DNA of 64,000 nt, from NCBI GenBank assembly GCA_944380845.1, contig CALWIU010000045.1, positions 164 through 64,163 of the forward strand, read 5' to 3'. Shown one piece after another: positions 62,452-64,000 of the stretch (position 1 is its first letter; each line of letters starts with the position of its first letter). A program made the position numbers and the translations under genes. Source of the DNA: an uncultured Clostridia bacterium (lineage in GTDB: Bacteria > Bacillota > Clostridia > Oscillospirales > Acutalibacteraceae). The notes under the pieces were generated by a model, which saw only the letters and a program-made list of their open reading frames with translations, was not told the DNA's origin and made no database searches.

Positions 62452-62612
62452 GACAATGAACAGCGAGCCTAATTTCTGTCATGCGGCGTGTGGGTCCTGT
62501 GCGGCGGAGCGCCGTGAACCATGTCAGGCGGGGAACCGAGCAGCATTAAGCGGTATGCCCGTGCGCCACAGTCCGCCTGCACGACGCATGACAGAGCTTA
62601 GGCTTCTTTTTT
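62452..62612 (+). ncRNA. ffs: Signal recognition particle RNA (4.5S/scRNA), apparently short form
   Basis: Domain IV core CCAUGUCAGG-CGG-GGAA-CCG-AGCAGC matches E. coli 4.5S CCAGGUCAGG-UCC-GGAA-GGA-AGCAGC, with a compensatory stem and a GGAA tetraloop. Terminal helices pair CTGTCATGCG/CGCATGACAG and AGCCTAA/TTAGGCT. A U-run lies at 62606-62613. Position directly upstream of dnaX, as in B. subtilis. The ends are approximate. Confidence 0.75.
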
Positions 62613-62628
62613 TGAATGGAGCGGAAGT

Positions 62629-64000
62629 ATGTATCAGGCGCTTTATCGAAAGTACCGGCCCGGTGTGTTTGCCGATGTGATCGGCCAGCCCCAGGTCACC
62701 AAAATCCTCGCCGGCGAAGTTGCGGCGGGGCGGCTTTCGCACGCCTATTTGTTTACCGGTTCGCGCGGCACGGGCAAAACTTCCTGCGCGCGTATTTTTG
62801 CCAAAGCGGTTTGTTGTCTTTCGCCCAACAACGGCGACCCCTGCGGGCACTGCCGGATCTGTCAGGGGATCGACAACGGCAGTATGCTGGATTATTCGGA
62901 AATGGACGCTGCCAGCAACCGCAGCATTGAAGATATCCGCCGCATCCGGGAGGAAGCGTATCTTGCCCCGGCAACGGCAAAGTACCGCATTTTCGTTTTG
63001 GACGAAGTGCATATGCTGACCAACGAGGCTTTTAACGCCCTGCTGAAAATTTTGGAAGAACCGCCGGAGCATGTGATTTTTATCCTGGCGACAACCGATG
63101 TGCAAAAACTGCCGGGAACCATTCTGTCACGCTGCCAGCGGTTCGATTTTATGCGGATCGAACCGTCCGCCATTGCCCAGCGGCTGATGGCAATCGCTGC
63201 CGCCGAGGGCAGAGAACTGACGCCGGACGCTGCGGCGCTGATTGCCGGGGTCGCAGACGGCGCGATGCGCGATGCGCTTTCGGTTCTGGATCGCTGTATG
63301 AGTGAAGACGGGGTTTTGAACGCCGAGGTGATTTCCTCGGTCGTAGGGCTGACCGGGCGCGACGCTCTGTTCCGCCTGACGGATGCCGTTGCCGCCGGTG
63401 ATATTGCGGCGGCGATCCGCCTGACCGATTCCCTGTACCAGTCGTCCTGTGACGGCGAGCGGTTGTGCCGGGAGCTTCTGGCACATTTCCGAAATTATAT
63501 GATTGTGAAGGCGGTTCCGAATTCGTCCGACCTTCTGGTCTGTACGGCGGCGGATCTGGCAAAATACCGTGCGCGTGCCGATAAGCTGCCGATGGAAACC
63601 ATTTTATACTGGATCGATCAACTGAGTGAAGCGGCGGAACGGCTGAAAAAAAGCACCGGCAGCCGGACGGAAACGGAAATGGCGATCGTGCGTTTGTGTT
63701 CGCCGGCTCTTGCGGCTTCCGCAGATGCGCTGCGCGCACGCGTGGCGGCTTTGGAAAGCGAATTGGCTGCTTTGCGGGCGGGGGCTCTCCCTGTCGCTCC
63801 GGCGGCAGCCGCGGAAACCACCGTCTTGCCGGAAAAGCAAGCGCAGCCCGGCGAGCCGGAGGCAAAGAAGCCGCCTGTGACGGAAGCGGACGACGAGCCG
63901 ATGCCGCCGCCTTTTGAAGGGGCGGAAATGCCCTTTGGGGAAGCGGACGACGAACCGATGCCGCCGCCTTTTGACGGGGCGGAAATGCCCATTGAGGAAG
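62629..64000 (+). CDS. dnaX: DNA polymerase III subunit gamma/tau (3' end runs off the window)
   Basis: Absent from the ORF track because it is edge-truncated. MYQALYRKYRPGVFADVIGQ, FTGSRGTGKTS (Walker A), CGHCRIC zinc module, FVLDEVHML, LATTDVQKLPGTILSRCQRF. Confidence 0.95.
   Translation, partial: MYQALYRKYRPGVFADVIGQPQVTKILAGEVAAGRLSHAYLFTGSRGTGKTSCARIFAKAVCCLSPNNGDPCGHCRICQGIDNGSMLDYSEMDAASNRSIEDIRRIREEAYLAPATAKYRIFVLDEVHMLTNEAFNALLKILEEPPEHVIFILATTDVQKLPGTILSRCQRFDFMRIEPSAIAQRLMAIAAAEGRELTPDAAALIAGVADGAMRDALSVLDRCMSEDGVLNAEVISSVVGLTGRDALFRLTDAVAAGDIAAAIRLTDSLYQSSCDGERLCRELLAHFRNYMIVKAVPNSSDLLVCTAADLAKYRARADKLPMETILYWIDQLSEAAERLKKSTGSRTETEMAIVRLCSPALAASADALRARVAALESELAALRAGALPVAPAAAAETTVLPEKQAQPGEPEAKKPPVTEADDEPMPPPFEGAEMPFGEADDEPMPPPFDGAEMPIEE
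63883..64000 (+). repeat. In-frame 57-bp (19-aa) tandem repeat in the dnaX tau linker; continues past the window edge
   Basis: EADDEPMPPPFEGAEMPFG / EADDEPMPPPFDGAEMPIE. Nucleotide units start at 63883 and 63940. Confidence 0.85.

Noticed and set aside
63646-63652. A7 run in dnaX as a programmed -1 frameshift site producing gamma
   Set aside because: The in-frame reading is CTG AAA AAA AGC, so the heptamer is not in the X XXY YYZ register. The -1 frame stays open for well over 100 nt instead of terminating quickly. No obvious downstream stimulatory hairpin is present.

Overview
GC-rich Firmicutes/Clostridia-type chromosomal segment, probably Oscillospiraceae/Ruminococcaceae-like; this is inferred from gene content, no search was run. 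Coding density is high. Many long ORFs in the track are antisense shadows of real genes, and many track starts are over-extended TTG/GTG starts, which I re-set using RBS context. Two genes are missing from the track because they run off the window edges: a minus-strand SGNH hydrolase (1..1730) and dnaX (62629..64000). The core backbone is obg-mrnC-yitT-lepA, pgk-tpiA-gpmI, dapF-dapL, rpe, mcsA-mcsB-clpC, pdxK-trmL, an EF-G2 paralogue, degV, and SRP RNA (ffs) directly upstream of dnaX. A cell-envelope glycan locus is also present: CapD-like dehydratase, PglC-like phosphoglycosyl transferase, HpcH-like aldolase, 2-hydroxyacid dehydrogenase, GT4 and an LCP ligase. The most unusual content is a non-cellulosomal cohesin-dockerin surface-display set. 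It comprises one single-cohesin protein with an IPATG sortase signal (25427..26086) and five dockerin-bearing proteins. None of the five is a glycoside hydrolase: a BspA-type LRR protein, a signal-peptide-less Amidase_3 peptidoglycan amidase, a 1271-aa dual metallophosphoesterase, a LolA-like unknown with a lipoprotein paralogue, and a bare dockerin protein. At least four of these six genes (bare dockerin, LRR, cohesin, phosphoesterase) sit behind near-consensus sigma-A promoters. Other items worth a second look: a 3 x 129-bp imperfect tandem repeat in a ~1.1-kb gene-free gap next to the cohesin gene; an MFS / secreted LCAT-like esterase / GH123-like operon; an orphan RnfD/NqrB homologue; mcsAB-clpC without an adjacent ctsR but with an inverted repeat upstream; and an apparently short-form SRP RNA. 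No rRNA, tRNA, CRISPR array, transposase or prophage module was seen.
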